NCBI RefSeq assembly: GCF_001194135.2
Contig: NC_068998.1
Coordinates: 35,517,406 to 35,557,869 of the forward strand
Direction of reading: 5' to 3'
DNA: 40,464 bases
Source of the DNA: Octopus bimaculoides
Lineage: Eukaryota
Shown here: positions 11,422-23,487 of the stretch, piece after piece
Layout of the letters: each line of letters opens with the position of its first letter
How positions within the stretch are numbered: the stretch's first letter is position 1
Notes under the pieces: model-generated
The model's database searches: none
Seen by the model: only the letters and a program-made list of their open reading frames with translations
Told to the model about the DNA's origin: nothing
Program-made: the position numbers and the translations under genes

Positions 11422-12119
11422 AAATTCATCATTTAAATATATATGAGCATGTCTAGATATGCAACTAAATGCATCAGAATACATACATAAGACATATAAA
11501 TCTGCTCATACATGCATACGCACATACATACGTTCATATATACGTATATACATACGTTCATAAATATTTACACACATATATGCATGCTTACATAAGTTCA
11601 TACATGCAGACATACATATATACATACATATTTTTATATATAACGTTGACCACTAAAGTGGACATTTAATGTGCTAGAAATAGACCACATGTGTCTACTA
11701 AGACCTAAATTGTTCTCAAAACAAAATTCAGCGGAATACCAAAACGTATGCGGGCAAGACAGTGAAAATTACAGAAATAAAACATTATTAAACACGAACT
11801 AGTTTCGAAATCAACACTCTCACCGAATGTCTGTTTCTCTTCAGCGAAAACTGTAATGGAATCATAATTCTCAGAATCCTATACAAGTTGCCCACCGCCA
11901 GAGGTGAACGTATATATGGTTCTGCTAATTACAACTTAATGGCAAAAATCAAAAGTCTTCGTTTTGGCGCGCTAATTCCGGGAATATGTCTGCAGAAAAT
12001 AGTTACTGCGTCGCATATATCCACTTTGAGAATTTGGTTATGGTTAATCAAATTAAAACATAAGGTAAAAAATCATATACATACGTATGATCATATGTGC
12101 ATACATACACAGTAATGTA

Positions 12120-12122
12120 TAA

Positions 12123-12220
<98 letters not shown>

Positions 12221-12332
12221 NNNNNNNNNNNNNNNNNNNNNNNNNNNNNNNNNNNNNNNNNNNNNNNNNNNNNNNNNNNNNNNNNNNNNNNNNNNNNNNN
12301 NNNNNNNNNNNNNNNNNNNNNNNNNNNNNNNN

Positions 12333-12421
<89 letters not shown>

Positions 12422-12430
12422 ATATATATG

Positions 12431-12461
<31 letters not shown>

Positions 12462-12480
12462 TCGCTCACGTGTGTATGTG

Positions 12481-12526
<46 letters not shown>

Positions 12527-12603
12527 ATAAATATACATTCATACATATATATATATATATATATACATACACACACACACACACACGCACACAAACACAC
12601 ACA

Positions 12604-12683
<80 letters not shown>

Positions 12684-12700
12684 CACTCATACACATATAT
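12120..12700. repeat. Compound (TA)n/(TG)n/(CTAT)n/(CA)n microsatellite with gap 12221-12332
   Basis: Direct reading. Confidence 0.95.
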
Positions 12701-13914
12701 TAAACTCATCTAACTTAACTTCAATGTGTTGTCTATAATCACCTTAGATTACTGTAAACGCCCCAAGAACTCTTGTCCAGTTGACTACAAATGCAGACTG
12801 ATGTTGTGAACAGGGCTCTTAAATTACATGCAAGTCGATATGTATACACATACGTGCGTATACACTTGCGCGCACGCCCCACATTCACACGTATGCACAT
12901 ATGTGTGTGTGCTAATAGTGTGTTATTACACAATATTGAACATAAAGTGTCTGCTACGATCTATGTCTGTGCAGTTTTGTAGCTTTCGTTTATATGAGAT
13001 GACCTCACAAAGCTAATAGCACAGTATACGGTGTTCTAGCAAGACATCCGAGATGGCCCCTTCCTATGCGGTGGACGAGGAATTTATAATCCTCTTTCAC
13101 AAGGGAGGGGCTTTGGAAAACTTCGGGAAGAAGTTAACAAAAAGCAAAAGGCTGGAGAGAAGGGGTTCTATCCTGTACTGAGGACCCTGATTGGCCTCCG
13201 TAGATAACTGCGGGGGTCATAGGGGAAACCGTTTTGTGCAGGGTAATGAACTCCTTCCCTGAGGATAAATTTATGCTAAAGTGGCCCGACTTGGCCCCGT
13301 CCAGGTGCTTGAATGAGGCAGTGTGCCTAGTTGGGCATGGAAGTAAGAGGCTTAGTGCCTCATTTTTTAAGGACGTGGAGTCCATTTGTGAAAAATGCAG
13401 GAGGCTTAGTGCCTCATTTGAAAGGACCTTGTGTCCCAATGAACTATAGTAAGAGGTTTATAAATTCAATTGGTTTTATAAAAGAGAAGAAAAAAAGAAC
13501 AATGTTCTCGGGAAGCATCGATAGGCGGGCGTCGTCTGCTCTCATCAATATCATTATTTTGCTCATCATTCATTTCATTTGTGTTGTTGTCCAGCCAGCA
13601 CTTGCTTTTATCTATGTAATGACTTTATGGCAAATTTGATGAAATAAACAGACATCCACGTTAAATTGGATAAAAAGGTTCCATTTTGTGATTGACACAG
13701 CTTCCGTCGCAAATAATATTGCTAAATAAGCCAGCTGTCTATTTTCGATACCATAATTGAAAAGATTTTATATAACGTGAAATTTGGCTGCTTTGCAAAA
13801 ACAAGAAGACTGCTAATGAGGAAGTCCAGTAGACTGAAATCACGTGATCCAGCATAACATTCGATTTCGCCTGCTGCAATCTAAGCTTCTGCTTTTATAC
13901 ACCCTGCGCCTATT

Positions 13915-14420
<506 letters not shown>

Positions 14421-14579
14421 TGAATGAACAAGATCTTACCTTCAAAATCTATGTGAGGTCAGTAACTAAATGGAATGAGTTAATAGAAGGCATGTGTGTA
14501 ACATAATTAAGGGAAACAGAGTGAGTCATTCGAACCTTGAGCATTTAAAGGATGGTTATTCTTTTTAAAGAATGTGTCG

Positions 14580-14615
<36 letters not shown>

Positions 14616-14631
14616 CTGTATATATGTATAT

Positions 14632-14680
<49 letters not shown>

Positions 14681-15259
14681 AAATCTGTATGAATGTATGT
14701 ATAGCGAGAACTGAAGAACTACGAAATATGACTGCTTACATGTATGCAATCTATATACGTCTGTGCACGCGTATGTGTGTACATGTGTGTATGTTTGCGT
14801 ATGCGTGTGTGTGCGTGCGCGCGAGCGTGTGTGTATATTTGTGTCTCTGATGTATTTTAGAATGAAACAAAGCACTTTTTGTTGTAATCATTTCCTTCAT
14901 TACATACTTACACGGAAATACACTTATATATACACACTCATATGAGTGTGAGCGTATAGCCTAGATAGTGAGATGGATGTGTGCATGTATCGTAAATGTG
15001 TTTGCCTTGGATCATAGCGCTCAAAGTTCAAATGTAGCTAAGCCCAACTTCCCCTTTAATTTTTCGGGTTCGGATAAAGCAATCAGCAATCCAGGGCGGT
15101 AGACTGACAGATATCTGCTCAGGCTGTTTTCTTGCTGAGTTCTTGAGTAGCACGTCTTAATCAGTCGGCCAGTTTAAAAGCACCATCTGTTAGTTTTAGT
15201 ACTTGGTGTGCTTATGATATAGTACATTCTGCGTTTGGGTTAGATGTACGGTCTGTGAG

Positions 15260-15522
15260 GAGGCGCAATAGCCCAGTGGTTAGGGCAGCGGACTCGCGGT
15301 CATAGGATCGCGGTTTCGATTCCCAGACCGGGCGTTGTGAGTGTTTATTGAGCGAAAACACATAAAGCTCCACGTGGCTCCAGCAGGGGATGGTGACGAA
15401 CCCTGCTGTACTCTTTCGCCATAACTTTCTCTCACTCTTACTTCCTGTTTCTGTTGTGCCTGTAATTCAAAGGGTCAGCCTTGTCACACTGTGTCACGCT
15501 GAATATCCCCGAGAACTATGTT
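15260..15522 (+). mobile_element. tRNA-derived SINE, family D (possibly Ceph-domain type), truncated by gap 15523-15918
   Basis: A-box-like tagcccagtgg, B-box-like ggtttcgattcc; aaagggtcagccttgtcacactgtgtcacgctgaat module shared with family C. Ceph assignment is inference. Confidence 0.8.
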
Positions 15523-15918
15523 NNNNNNNNNNNNNNNNNNNNNNNNNNNNNNNNNNNNNNNNNNNNNNNNNNNNNNNNNNNNNNNNNNNNNNNNNNNNNN
15601 NNNNNNNNNNNNNNNNNNNNNNNNNNNNNNNNNNNNNNNNNNNNNNNNNNNNNNNNNNNNNNNNNNNNNNNNNNNNNNNNNNNNNNNNNNNNNNNNNNNN
15701 NNNNNNNNNNNNNNNNNNNNNNNNNNNNNNNNNNNNNNNNNNNNNNNNNNNNNNNNNNNNNNNNNNNNNNNNNNNNNNNNNNNNNNNNNNNNNNNNNNNN
15801 NNNNNNNNNNNNNNNNNNNNNNNNNNNNNNNNNNNNNNNNNNNNNNNNNNNNNNNNNNNNNNNNNNNNNNNNNNNNNNNNNNNNNNNNNNNNNNNNNNNN
15901 NNNNNNNNNNNNNNNNNN

Positions 15919-16029
<111 letters not shown>

Positions 16030-16079
16030 TATTATAAGTCGATTAGTTTACTCGTAAGCCAACTAAATAGTCCTTTCTG

Positions 16080-16158
16080 CTTATAAGCACAAGCAGTAAT
16101 ATTTGTCGGGAGGGGACTAGTCGGTTACATTGAGCCCGATACTTGGCTGATACTTATA
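16080..16158 (-). mobile_element. SINE family B 3' fragment
   Basis: Reverse complement resembles the 3' part of 5641-5842. Confidence 0.55.
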
Positions 16159-16159
16159 C

Positions 16160-16767
16160 CTAGGAACCTTCCGGTCCAGAGAATAAGTTGTCATCACTTC
16201 ACTTTTCTCCTCCTTTGTACGGCCACACCTCGAATACTGCTGTCCCCTGTGGTCTCCCCATACAAAACAGAACATCTCGAAAAGTGAATCACCCCAGAGG
16301 GCATTCACTAAACGAATTAAGGGCATGACTGATCTCGATTATTGGGACGGCCTTTAAGCACTGGAACTCTAGAGAGATACATCATTCGTACGATGTGGAG
16401 AATATACCACCATCATTGCTCAAACGACCTCAACATTAGCTTCGAAATTCATCCAAGGCTAAGAGCACGAGTCATGCGTCTCCTATCCAATTCAGGATCA
16501 CAGCACATAAATACACTGCAACACAATTTCTTTTCCTCAACAGGTCCTGCTCTATTTAACATTGTCCCAAAACAGATCAAAGAGGAAAAGGATCCCATCA
16601 CCTTTAAACGGAATCAGGACAAAGTTCTTCAAGGAATACCAGATAAGCCACCTATACCTGGATACAGCTCACTCAACAAGAAATCCCTACTCGAATGGAC
16701 CATGATACCACAAAACTTGGCTTAAAAAGGGCTTAGATAATCCTGTCAGGTGGTGCTATTAAGTTAA
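16160..16767 (+). mobile_element. CR1-like LINE 3' end, degraded
   Basis: SFVRPHLEYCCPLWSP, QRAFTKRIKGMTDLDYWD, ERYII, HNFFSSTGPALFNIVP, IPDKPPIPGY, LLEW: post-RT motifs typical of CR1-group ORF2. Confidence 0.85.
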
Positions 16768-17264
16768 ACGTCTATTGAAGTGAAAACAATTACTGCTGTG
16801 GAATGTAAACAAGATGTTCTAGCGGTGTAATGGGATCTTTTCCCTTGAATAGAATTAGTGCCGTTGTTTGTCAACAACAACTATCGGCGGTACTGTTATT
16901 TATGACATCGTTCGTGCGTTTGTACTGGTTTTAGCTTTAGGGTTTTAGGGTTAGGGTTCGGGTTTAGAGTTAGTGTTAGGGTTAGGGTTAGGGTTATGAG
17001 TATTTTGCCAAACCCTAACCCAAACCCTAACCCTAACCCTAAAACACTAACCCTAACCCTAACTCTAAACCCGAATCCTAACCCTAAAACCCTAAAGCTA
17101 AAACCAGTACAAACGCACGAACGATGTCATAAATAACAGTACCGTCGATAGTTGCTGTTGACAAACAACGGCACTAATTTTATTCAAGGGAAAAGATCCC
17201 ATTACACCGCTAGAACGTCTTGTTTACATTCCACAGCAGTAATTGTTTTCACCTCAATAGACGT
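16768..17264. repeat. Fold-back inverted repeat with internal TTAGGG/CCCTAA tracts
   Basis: Non-telomeric arms 16768-16936 and 17097-17264 differ at about five positions by my reading; telomeric tracts 16937-16995 and 17011-17096; 15 bp spacer atgagtattttgcca. Confidence 0.95.
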
Positions 17265-18437
17265 CAGTGACTGGTTGAAATTACCGAAATACGACAACTT
17301 TTAACGGGAAATAAGTTCGAATATAAAATTTTTTCTCTGTTCTAGAAGACAAAATATACAAGTATACGAAGTTTGAAAGTCTTTCGGTACCAAAAACACT
17401 ACGTAAAACATTAACGAAAACTGTGGCCTCCGTTTTNNNNNNNNNNNNNNNNNNNNNNNNNNNNNNNNNNNNNNNNNNNNNNNNNNNNNNNNNNNNNNNN
17501 NNNNNNNNNNNNNNNNNNNNNNNNNNNNNNNNNNNNNNNNNNNNNNNNNNNNNNNNNNNNNNNNNNNNNNNNNNNNNNNNNNNNNNNNNNNNNNNNNNNN
17601 NNNNNNNNNNNNNNNNNNNNNNNNNNNNNNNNNNNNNNNNNNNNNNNNNNNNNNNNNNNNNNNNNNNNNNNNNNNNNNNNNNNNNNNNNNNNNNNNNNNN
17701 NNNNNNNNNNNNNNNNNNNNNNNNNNNNNNNNNNNNNNNNNNNNNNNNNNNNNNNNNNNNNNNNNNNNNNNNNNNNNNNNNNNNNNNNNNNNNNNNNNNN
17801 NNNNNNNNNNNNNNNNNNNNNNNNNNNNNNNNNNNNNNNNNNNNNNNNNNNNNNNNNNNNNNNNNNNNNNNNNNNNNNNNNNNNNNNNNNNNNNNNNNNN
17901 NNNNNNNNNNNNNNNNNNNNNNNNNNNNNNNNNNNNNNNNNNNNNNNNNNNNNNNNNNNNNNNNNNNNNNNNNNNNNNNNNNNNNNNNNNNNNNNNNNNN
18001 NNNNNNNNNNNNNNNNNNNNNNNNNNNNNNNNNNNNNNNNNNNNNNNNNNNNNNNNNNNNNNNNNNNNNNNNNNNNNNNNNNNNNNNNNNNNNNNNNNNN
18101 NNNNNNNNNNNNNNNNNNNNNNAAAACGAAGAAAAAAAAAAGAAAATGAAAAAAGCAAATTGCCTCTCTGCAAATGTCAGAAGTTATGGAGATTAAATAC
18201 GCTTTACACCGCTTAATCAGCCAAACGAGTAAATATAAACAACTGAATACTTGTCAGTGATTGGTTGAAATTATCGAAATAAGACAATTTTTTACATGAA
18301 ATAAATTCGAATACAAAAATATTTTTCTGTTCTATAACACAAAATAGATAAGTATACGAAGTTTGAAAGTCTTTCGGTACCAAAAACACTACGTAAAACA
18401 TTAACGAAAACTGTGGCCTCCGTTTTAAAATAGATCC
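17265..18437 (+). mobile_element. Two direct copies of dispersed repeat F (17265-17436 and ~18252-18437) around gap 17437-18122; second ends in agatcc|tata
   Basis: gtcagtga.tggttgaaatta...ctgtggcctccgtttt occurs twice; reverse complement also at 40320-40420. Confidence 0.8.
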
Positions 18438-18540
18438 TATACGAGTTTCATATATGTACATGTGTGTATGTATGTACTTATGCATGTTTACATACAATGT
18501 GTGTGTGTGTGTATATATATATATATGTGTGTGTGTGTAC

Positions 18541-18602
<62 letters not shown>

Positions 18603-18603
<1 letters not shown>

Positions 18604-18675
18604 GGCGTGGCTGTGTGGTAAGAAGCTCACTTTCCAACCACATGGTTCCGGGTTCAGTCCCACTGCGTGGCACCT
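18603..18675 (+). mobile_element. SINE family A 5' fragment
   Basis: ggcgtggctgtgtggtaagaagc...ggttcagtcccactgcgtggcacc. Confidence 0.8.
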
Positions 18676-19374
18676 CTTATCAGAAGAACGATAAGATATA
18701 ATTTGAGGCAGAATGGTTGCTATTTCTAGCAAGTCACAATGACCGCATAGTGGCTTCATTGTTTGCTTGTGGTAATAAGTTTGTTAATACTGACAATACT
18801 TGTCTTAGTATAAAAGCAGTAGCGTGGAAGGCGGTGGTAGGTTGAGACGAGATGTGCTAGCATTTACAGTGTTGGGGGAGATTCTTTGTAGCGATGGGAA
18901 AGGGTGAGTGTTTAGGTAACATAGGATATAGGAGGGTAGGTATGAAAGTAAACTGGGTGGAATAAAACGCTAGAATACACAAAGCATGTTGATGATATTG
19001 AAGCTGAAATAAGAACCGGTCGATTAAGGGACAAATATTTAAGACTGGTATCAAGCTATCGGGTTCAGTGGGGTCATTTGATCAGGTTAAACAAAGTTTA
19101 TTATCTATCCGTTCCTTCCTTCTGTTCCCTTCCCCCTCTCTCCCTCTCTTTCTATCTCTTCTATCCACTCCCTTTCTCTGTCTCTCGTTCATATTCTCAG
19201 CTGTATTCTGTTAATCTTTTGTTTCGCTCATTTGACTGGGTCTATGCTAGGGTCTTGAACAGCTTACTCGATCTAGTCGATCCTTGTGCAGTTTCAACTC
19301 AGGTACTTATTCCATCGGACGCTTACTTAACCGGTGGTCAAAACGGTAAAAGACAGACATACGCTCACATACAA

Positions 19375-19835
19375 GGCGCAGAAGTGGCTGTGTGGTGAGT
19401 AGCTTGCTCACCAACCACATGGTTCCGGGTTCAGTCCCACTGCGTGGCACCTTGGGCAAGTGTCTTCTACTATAGCCTCGGGTCGACCAAAGCCTTGTGA
19501 GTGGATTTGGTAGACGGAAACTGAAAGAAGCCCGTCGTATATATGTATATGTATGTGTATGTGTGTATATGTTGGGTATCTGTGTTTGTCCCCCCCAACA
19601 TCGCTTCACAACCGATGCTGGTGTGTTTAGGTCCCCGTAACTTAGCGGTTCGGCAAAAAGAGACCGATAGAATAAGTACTAGGCTTACAAAGAATAAGTT
19701 CTAGGGTCAATTTGATTCGAGTAAAGGCGGTGCTCCAGCATGGTCGCAGTCAAATGACTGAAACAAGTAAAAGAATAAAGGAATAAAAGAATATGCTCCA
19801 GCATGACCGCAGCCACTTGGCTGAAACACATAAAT
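19375..19835 (+). mobile_element. SINE family A, full long form (best copy), plus a duplicated tail piece 19794-19835
   Basis: Head ggcgcagaagtggctgtgtgg, ccttgggcaagtgtctt CORE-like motif, internal TA/TG microsatellite, A-rich tail. Confidence 0.9.
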
Positions 19836-19874
19836 AAATAAATATATATATATATAACGTAAATAATATATAAA

Positions 19875-21010
19875 TACATGCATATATGAGTACAGGACAT
19901 CACAAAAAACATTAAACACAATGAGAAACGAAAACATAAAGACGAGGACAGAAAACGAACTTTTTTTTCGAACAACGAAAAAACACAAACAGAGAAACGA
20001 GACATGCAATATAATATATATATATATACATATAGGATCTTATCTGTTTGGTTGCCAGCGAGTGCCAGCGTAAATTTTCTGCCACAGTAACAGTCTTTGT
20101 AAAGTCTGCGAAGAAGCACGTGTTGACAGCAGTCACCCCGGGAAGGGTCCTATCTGAGCAGTGGGTTTTCGGAGGAGTGTGTCCGAGACCAGACAGGTTT
20201 CTCTATATGCATATTTAAATTGTAATTAAGCATATCTAAATTGTTTGTTTATCTTTGTTACTTTTCGTCAGAGCATTGAGATGGTTGTGAGGTGTGCTAA
20301 AAATAACAGCTAAATAAAATTTTTGCATAAATCTTTTACATTAAAAATTATTTGCCAACATCTCGGAGAACTTTCGTGCTAGAAATAACAGCTAAATAAC
20401 ATTTATTTACACGAAAGAAAATTACCGGATACAATGCGTGTTGTTTACAAATATCGACAGCAAATGCTACTTTCAGGATGCTGACAAAACGTGCAGTCAC
20501 ACACAAAATGACAGATTACAAATCCTGTTTCCTGACTGGGTGGAAATGATGAAACTTTAAGCCTCTATAACATTCTAAAAGCATTTTCTGAGGAAAATGA
20601 AATAACTCCAACAGTTCAGTTTGGGCAAGTCTATTATTGTGCCAAATTTTAAAATTTTCCGTAAACTTAAATTTTTGGAGTCGCTGGCGACCAAACAGAG
20701 AAGATCCTATATGTATGTATGTATATATATATGTATAATATAAACATATGCATATATCCATACATATATGTACATACCTACATCTATATGTATACATACA
20801 TGCATATATGGGTACAGGACATCACAAAAAACGTTAAACACAATGAGAAATGAAAACAGAACACGAACTTTTTTCGAACAACGAAAAAAACAAACAGAGA
20901 AACGAGACATGCAACATAAAGAGTATAACCCTTCGTCAGTTATCCCTGTTCCATCTACTCCGCGTTTCGGAGGCAAGGACTATACGCGACTTCTTTGGAA
21001 CAGTCCTTCT
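19875..21010 (-). repeat. Direct duplication (19875-20010 and 20797-20920), possibly a Penelope-like terminal repeat
   Basis: tacatgcatatatg.gtacaggacatcacaaaaaac...agagaaacgagacatgcaa present twice; a PLE ORF lies at 21385-22258 on the - strand. The link to the PLE is inference. Confidence 0.55.
20035..20707. mobile_element. Non-autonomous TIR DNA element with GGATCT termini and TA/TATA TSD
   Basis: 27 bp TIRs ggatcttatctgtttggttgccagcga and tcgctggcgaccaaacagagaagatcc (2 mismatches); tata on both flanks. Confidence 0.85.
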
Positions 21011-21289
21011 CGCAAAGCAAATTAGTAATGCCAGGTTATTAGTTTCGAAATAGCTAACCGAAACACATACATACATATGTATGTCGGGGTGAGGAAGGTG
21101 TATATTGTCTGCAAAGAGAATTTCTTCTCTCGGGACATCTTTCGCAGCGTATTGTCTTTCCGTATTGTCTTTATATACACGAACATTATTTACCTTATTT
21201 GTCCTCATCTTGTTTGTTTCGGCTGATATACCCTGTCTGAAATTTCGAACCTGAATTCTCATTCCTAAGGTATTTTTCGATGTTGTCAC

Positions 21290-21352
21290 TACCTGGAATC
21301 GAACTCGGAATCTTGAGGTTAATAGCCTGCGCTCTTAACCACTACGCCATAT
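21290..21352 (-). mobile_element. SINE tRNA-like head fragment (family C-like)
   Basis: cctggaatcgaactc...ttaaccactacgccat is the reverse complement of A/B boxes; similar to 34410-34475. Confidence 0.6.
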
Positions 21353-21384
21353 TTCACTGGGCAATTATGGAGTGGATTTAGGGC

Positions 21385-22258
21385 TTATAAATCTAATATT
21401 TTCTTATCCTTCCTTAATACCGGTTCCCGTATGCAACTCATATCTGCACTCGGTCTGCTTAGGAGGTTGTTGTGTCCTAGCATATATACTGCTTCTTTTA
21501 GTTTTCGTATTTTCCAGTGGTGTTCTCTGTCTATTATTTTAACTTCATCCCACGGGGGGAGGTAGTCTTCATCTTTCCATACATGATCAGCTATACCCGA
21601 TTTATCAATATCTCCTCGTGTCACAGCTTTGCGATTTTTCTCTACCCTTATTTTGAGGGGGCGACATGTTTCGCCTTTGTATAACCTACCACAGCTGCAT
21701 GAGATGGAGTACACGCAGTCTTTGGTCATATCTTCTTCTATTGGTGGTTTTACCCGAAGGAGATATATGCAAAGTGTTGTATTACTCTTGAATACTGTCC
21801 TGATGTCATATGGGCCGCATATCTTTTGTTTCTTTTCGTAGAGGCCTTTCACATAGCGTAGACAGACTGTGGACAGTTTGTTGGTTTCATCTTCTCTTTT
21901 TTTCATAATTGGAGTAGATAGTATGTTCTTGGGGTAGTTGTGGCTTAATAGATTGTTACTGAGCATGATCATTTCTTCGTGCTGGGTATCACGATCGCTA
22001 CTTATATTATTTGCTCGATGTTTTAGACACTGAGCAATCCCTTTCTTTATACTGTATGGATGGTAGGAACTGAAGTTGAGGTATCGTCCAGTGAAGGTCG
22101 GCTTGCGGTATACGGATGTCCTGAATCTATACTTAGTGCGTGTTATTAATAAGTCCAGGAATGCTAGCTGATTGTTTTTTTCCTTTTCCATTGTGAATTG
22201 TATGGATTAATTAAGTTCACATGATCTAACAGCACTTGGACATCTTCCCCACCAGGAT
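21385..22258 (-). mobile_element. Penelope-like element: RT C-terminus plus GIY-YIG endonuclease (ORF 21385-22191), 5'-truncated
   Basis: QFTMEKE, LAFLDLLI, VYRKPTFTGRYLNFSSYHP, CVYSISCSCGRLYKGET, SGIADHV, RKLKEA. Confidence 0.9.
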
Positions 22259-22266
22259 GTGTGTGT

Positions 22267-22297
<31 letters not shown>

Positions 22298-22329
22298 CGT
22301 GCGTGCGTGCGCGTGCGTGTGCGTGTGTG

Positions 22330-22500
22330 TGTAGTCCAAAAACACATTAAAAATACATAAAAATGATGTGAAAGAACAATAAACATGGTGTATTAGTTTA
22401 ACAGTCAGGAAAAATGGAAGAGATCTTCAACGTTTCTAGCTTACGTTCTTCCACAGAATTGAATAAAGGAGAGAAAACAGATGGAGAGAGGAAAACATGT
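22330..22500 (-). mobile_element. Possible PLE-derived terminal-repeat remnant
   Basis: - strand reads ctgtggaagaacgtaagctagaaacgttgaag, a degenerate hammerhead-like layout. Weak. Confidence 0.3.
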
Positions 22501-22579
22501 GTCTGAATTAACGGTTACATACGTACATACATACATACATACATACATACACACATACATACATACATACGTGTATATA

Positions 22580-22722
22580 TGACGGACTTCAGTTTCCGTC
22601 TCCCAAATTCACTCACAAGGATTTGGTCGGCCCGGAGCTATAGTAGAAAGACACTTGCTCAAGATGCTATGCAGTGGGGCTGAACCCGAAACCAAGTAGT
22701 TCCTTATCACACTGTCATGCCT
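22580..22722 (-). mobile_element. SINE family A 5' half
   Basis: Reverse complement of 19380-19540. Confidence 0.8.
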
Positions 22723-22884
22723 ATCTTTTTTGCAACCCCAGTAAAATTTAGTCTAATTGTTGTTACATACATCACTTCTCCCCCACTGGGAGTTATTTTT
22801 TCACAAAATAACGAAGTATTTTAAAGCCAACACTATACGTTAATACAAGTGCTATGCGGGAACTAATATCAGCTGTCCTAGCAA

Positions 22885-22923
22885 GCAAGATTCTGACCCG
22901 ACTGTGACCTGCCTTTTATATAG
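22885..22923 (-). promoter_or_regulatory. Candidate TATA box plus Inr-like motif
   Basis: - strand CTATATAAAAG (22913-22923) followed about 28 bp later by TCAGAAT. Confidence 0.2.
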
Positions 22924-23487
22924 ACTCCCCAATGGTTTCTAGAAACAATGAACTGTAAAGTTAGTAACTGTGAGATCATTTCATTGAGCGTTGCTGTTCG
23001 TCGCTTATCTGACATTACGGGTTTACGTTGCTTCACGGCTGTGCTTATATCTACGAACTGTAAGCTGATGAAGCGTTATATACAGGTTAAGTACCACCCA
23101 TTCAGAATATGGTAATTATAGCGAATTTATACTGGCAAATACATATGGTTTAGCTTATATAATAAATGATGGTGTGATGTACTTTTGATTCACGCTATTA
23201 ATACTATAGTAATTCCTGTGCTTCTTCGATGGTCCACTTGAGAAACTTGTAACCTAATGTTTGTGTGAACTGTAAATTTATTTCTTTGCTGTTACATTTA
23301 TACACAGGATTATCCCTGGAGTAGAAAATGCTGGTCTGTTACATAGGATACATAGAAATATTTGATATTCCGCATCGCCCCGCCACCAAATTGGGCTCGA
23401 CTTTCATTAGAGATAATGTCATTCGTGTATATACGGCACGCACACGCACATGTACATACACACACACATTATTTGTTTGAGTAATTG

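Noticed and set aside
11845-12064. 220 nt + strand exon candidate
   Set aside because: The I/L/K-rich peptide looks like AT-rich noise, no motif is recognised, and it borders the Dong 3' region.
16117-16326. - strand ORF MPLIRLVNALWG...
   Set aside because: Antisense shadow of the + strand CR1-like ORF.
16937-17096. Chromosome end-to-end fusion scar or true telomere
   Set aside because: The tracts are short and sit inside mirrored non-telomeric arms that belong to a dispersed repeat; a mobile fold-back is more parsimonious.
20925-21010. Hammerhead ribozyme on the - strand (ccgaaacgcggagta...ctgacgaagg)
   Set aside because: Core pieces are in permuted order and stem I cannot form; ctccg/cggag makes a simple hairpin instead.
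22423-22460. Second hammerhead on the - strand
   Set aside because: The core reads CTGTGGA rather than CTGANGA and stem II is mismatched; at most a dead remnant.
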